A DNA stretch of 64,000 nt, taken from positions 33,480,001-33,544,000 of the forward strand of contig NC_043008.1 in the NCBI RefSeq assembly GCF_006345805.1, given 5' to 3'. Position numbers and translations under genes: made by a program. This document shows positions 61,721 through 64,000 of the stretch, piece after piece (position 1 is the first letter of the stretch; each line of letters opens with the position of its first letter). The notes under the pieces are model-generated. The model had not been told where the DNA came from. It searched no databases and saw nothing but the letters and a program-made list of their open reading frames with translations. This stretch comes from Octopus sinensis. Taxonomy: Eukaryota.

Positions 61721-64000
61721 GGAGAACACCATCCTCTCCAGATCGAGTAGCTATATTACTGACTTTAGACCCCTTGCATTGAATTTACACCATCTAGCTA
61801 TATGACTCTACAATCAAAGAAGGCAACTCTAATTCTTTTTCCATTTTTCATCATTCCACTCTTTGATTCCACCTTCATCTCATTTTTCCTCATGATTTTT
61901 CTCATTCTCTTGTCTTAATTTATAAACCTGCCTAGGCCATGTGCCCTAAGATTACTTGAAGACATTAGGCATGTTTTAAAACTTGTCTATATATCTTCAA
62001 TGTATGTGACTAATAGTAGCTTATCATCACCGTTTAATGTCCGCTTTCCATGCTGGCATAGGTTGGATGGTTTGACTAAGAACTGGCAAACCGGGAGGCT
62101 GCACCAGGCTTGAATCTGATTTCATAACTATATACATACACACTCACATTATAGACTTCTTTCAGTTTCTCTCTACCAAATACACTAACAAGTCAGCTTG
62201 AGACTATAGAAGACACTTGCCCAAAACAAGACTGAAACTGTAACTATGTGGTTGGGAACTAAACTTCTTAAACCACACAGCCAAACATTTGAGAAAATTT
62301 TTCAACCAGTACACTCAAACAAAAATTCTGTTTTATTCATTCCATTTCAGTTGCACAGACGTTCTCAGTCATTCTCACTATTGGAAATGGAGTGCACAAG
62401 TTATTGGTCATCGATTGGGAATCTTAAGAAGCACTGCTATTGTTCACAAAAAACACTAGATTGCCCTGCTTAATGACTTACTCAATGGAACAAAAACTAT
62501 TTAAAAGCTATATATAACAAGAAATCAAGGGGCAAGATGAAGTGAAATTCAATCCCATTGCATGGGACTTGGAGCTTCATAACCTCATCTGACTGATGCC
62601 ATGTGAGAGGAATTCAATGGACGAAAGCTGCAGAGAAACCCATGTCTGTGCATATATATATGTTTATTTTTAAAAGTATTTAAATCAGCTCTTCCCCCTG
62701 CCTTCTCTGAAACTGTGACCCCTTCATTCCCTAGCATAAAGCCAATTCACCCCTTTCTTGGAGTCCTAGTTCTGCAAGGTGCATGGTAACCTCTAAAGTG
62801 TTGGGGGTACAAAAAAAAGCACCTAGTACATGCCGTATAGTAGTTGGCATCAGGAAGGGCATGCAGTTGTAAAAGCTATACCAAAGCAGACAGCATGATG
62901 TCTCCCTGGACACATTAGATACTGTCAAACAATCCAACCCACACTAACATAGAACATCCAACCCACACTAACATAAAACATCAGCAAGAAATCAGAATTT
63001 TTTTTATTATAATTATTTTTTTTACATGCTGGGTCTGAAGACAAGTGCTGGTGGATTTTGCAGGCCATTCTAAACCAACTACCATTAATTTTCCTCTTGA
63101 ACCGTCAACATCTGTGGGGAATTGCTTCCCCCAAAAAAGCTTGCTTCCTAACCAGATAGTTATGGGTTCAGTACCATTGCATGTCATGTTGGGCAAATAT
63201 CTTCTATAGTACTGGGCTAACTAAAGCCTCGAGTATTTAGTAGATGGAAACTGAAGGAAGCACATCGTTTGTATACGCGTGTGTGTGCATGACTCGTTGA
63301 CTTGACATTGCACAATTAAACACTAATGGGTTAAAACAATAAAAGTCTGGTGGGAATTGTTCTGTTCTAGGTCGCCCTTGATTGAATAGATCTATGATTA
63401 AAGATAATTCCGCTGTGATCATCCTATCTCTTTCCTATGTGCAGAGAATCTATAACAATACTAATATGTCCTAAGAGAGTGGTGAGTGTGATTTGAGGGA
63501 GATTTGTTGGCAGGTTATGTGATTACATAGAGGCTCTTTTATTCCTTTGTGTGATGGTATCATCAGGTATCTTTTTAAAGTTTCCAAATTAAGTTTTTGG
63601 TGAAAAGAATAGTAAAAATTACATCTTGTTTGCTTCTAAATACATTTTAGGGTGAAATAAAACAAACACAGAACTATACAGTATATCCTGTTAGCACAAA
63701 ACTAGATGGGTAGAACTACAAAGAGATGAAAGCTTCTGTTACAAATCTAGAGATAGAAATTTAAAAGCAATAACAAAATAATTTTTTAAGTAAGCGTCAC
63801 TACAAAAATAAAGCATGACAATTTTTCTGGTACTGAGAGGTGATATTGTATATTTATGAAAAATATTAAAGTGTAGTAGTAGTAATTAAATGAAATTAGG
63901 TCACTTTGTCATATATGTTTTGTAAGCTTTATATATCACCTAATAATTCATTTTATATGGTGATATTCAGACAAAATTTTTACATTCTTCTTTAGATCTT

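Overview
This is repeat-dense, AT-rich eukaryotic DNA. The SINE families and the (TA)n, (TATG)n, (AGAT)n and (AAT)n microsatellites point to an octopus or other coleoid cephalopod genome (inference, not verified). I found no host protein-coding exon I could support; most ORFs in the track are microsatellite or antisense artefacts. The only intact coding unit is a very young Ty3/Gypsy LTR retrotransposon at 55029-60062 (minus strand). It has 418-bp LTRs differing at one position I could see, a CTAT target-site duplication (TSD), a tRNA-Trp-type primer-binding site (PBS), a polypurine tract (PPT), an intact PR-RT-RH-IN pol and a clear -1 frameshift signal. Its gag is unusually short and seems to lack parts of capsid and the zinc knuckle while staying in frame. 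The rest is decayed CR1/L2-group LINEs, mariner and DD37D-like transposons, Penelope-like (PLE) remnants, a non-autonomous Helitron, MITEs and several tRNA-SINE families. The most notable structural theme is a series of fold-back (inverted) structures. Three of them (22.1-22.9, 44.1-44.5, 50.8-51.5 kb) carry divergently oriented minimal hammerhead-ribozyme motifs, some with an intact catalytic core. There are also perfect 76-bp and 28-bp hairpins. Coordinates were read by eye; repeat boundaries are approximate unless a TSD or terminal inverted repeat (TIR) is quoted.
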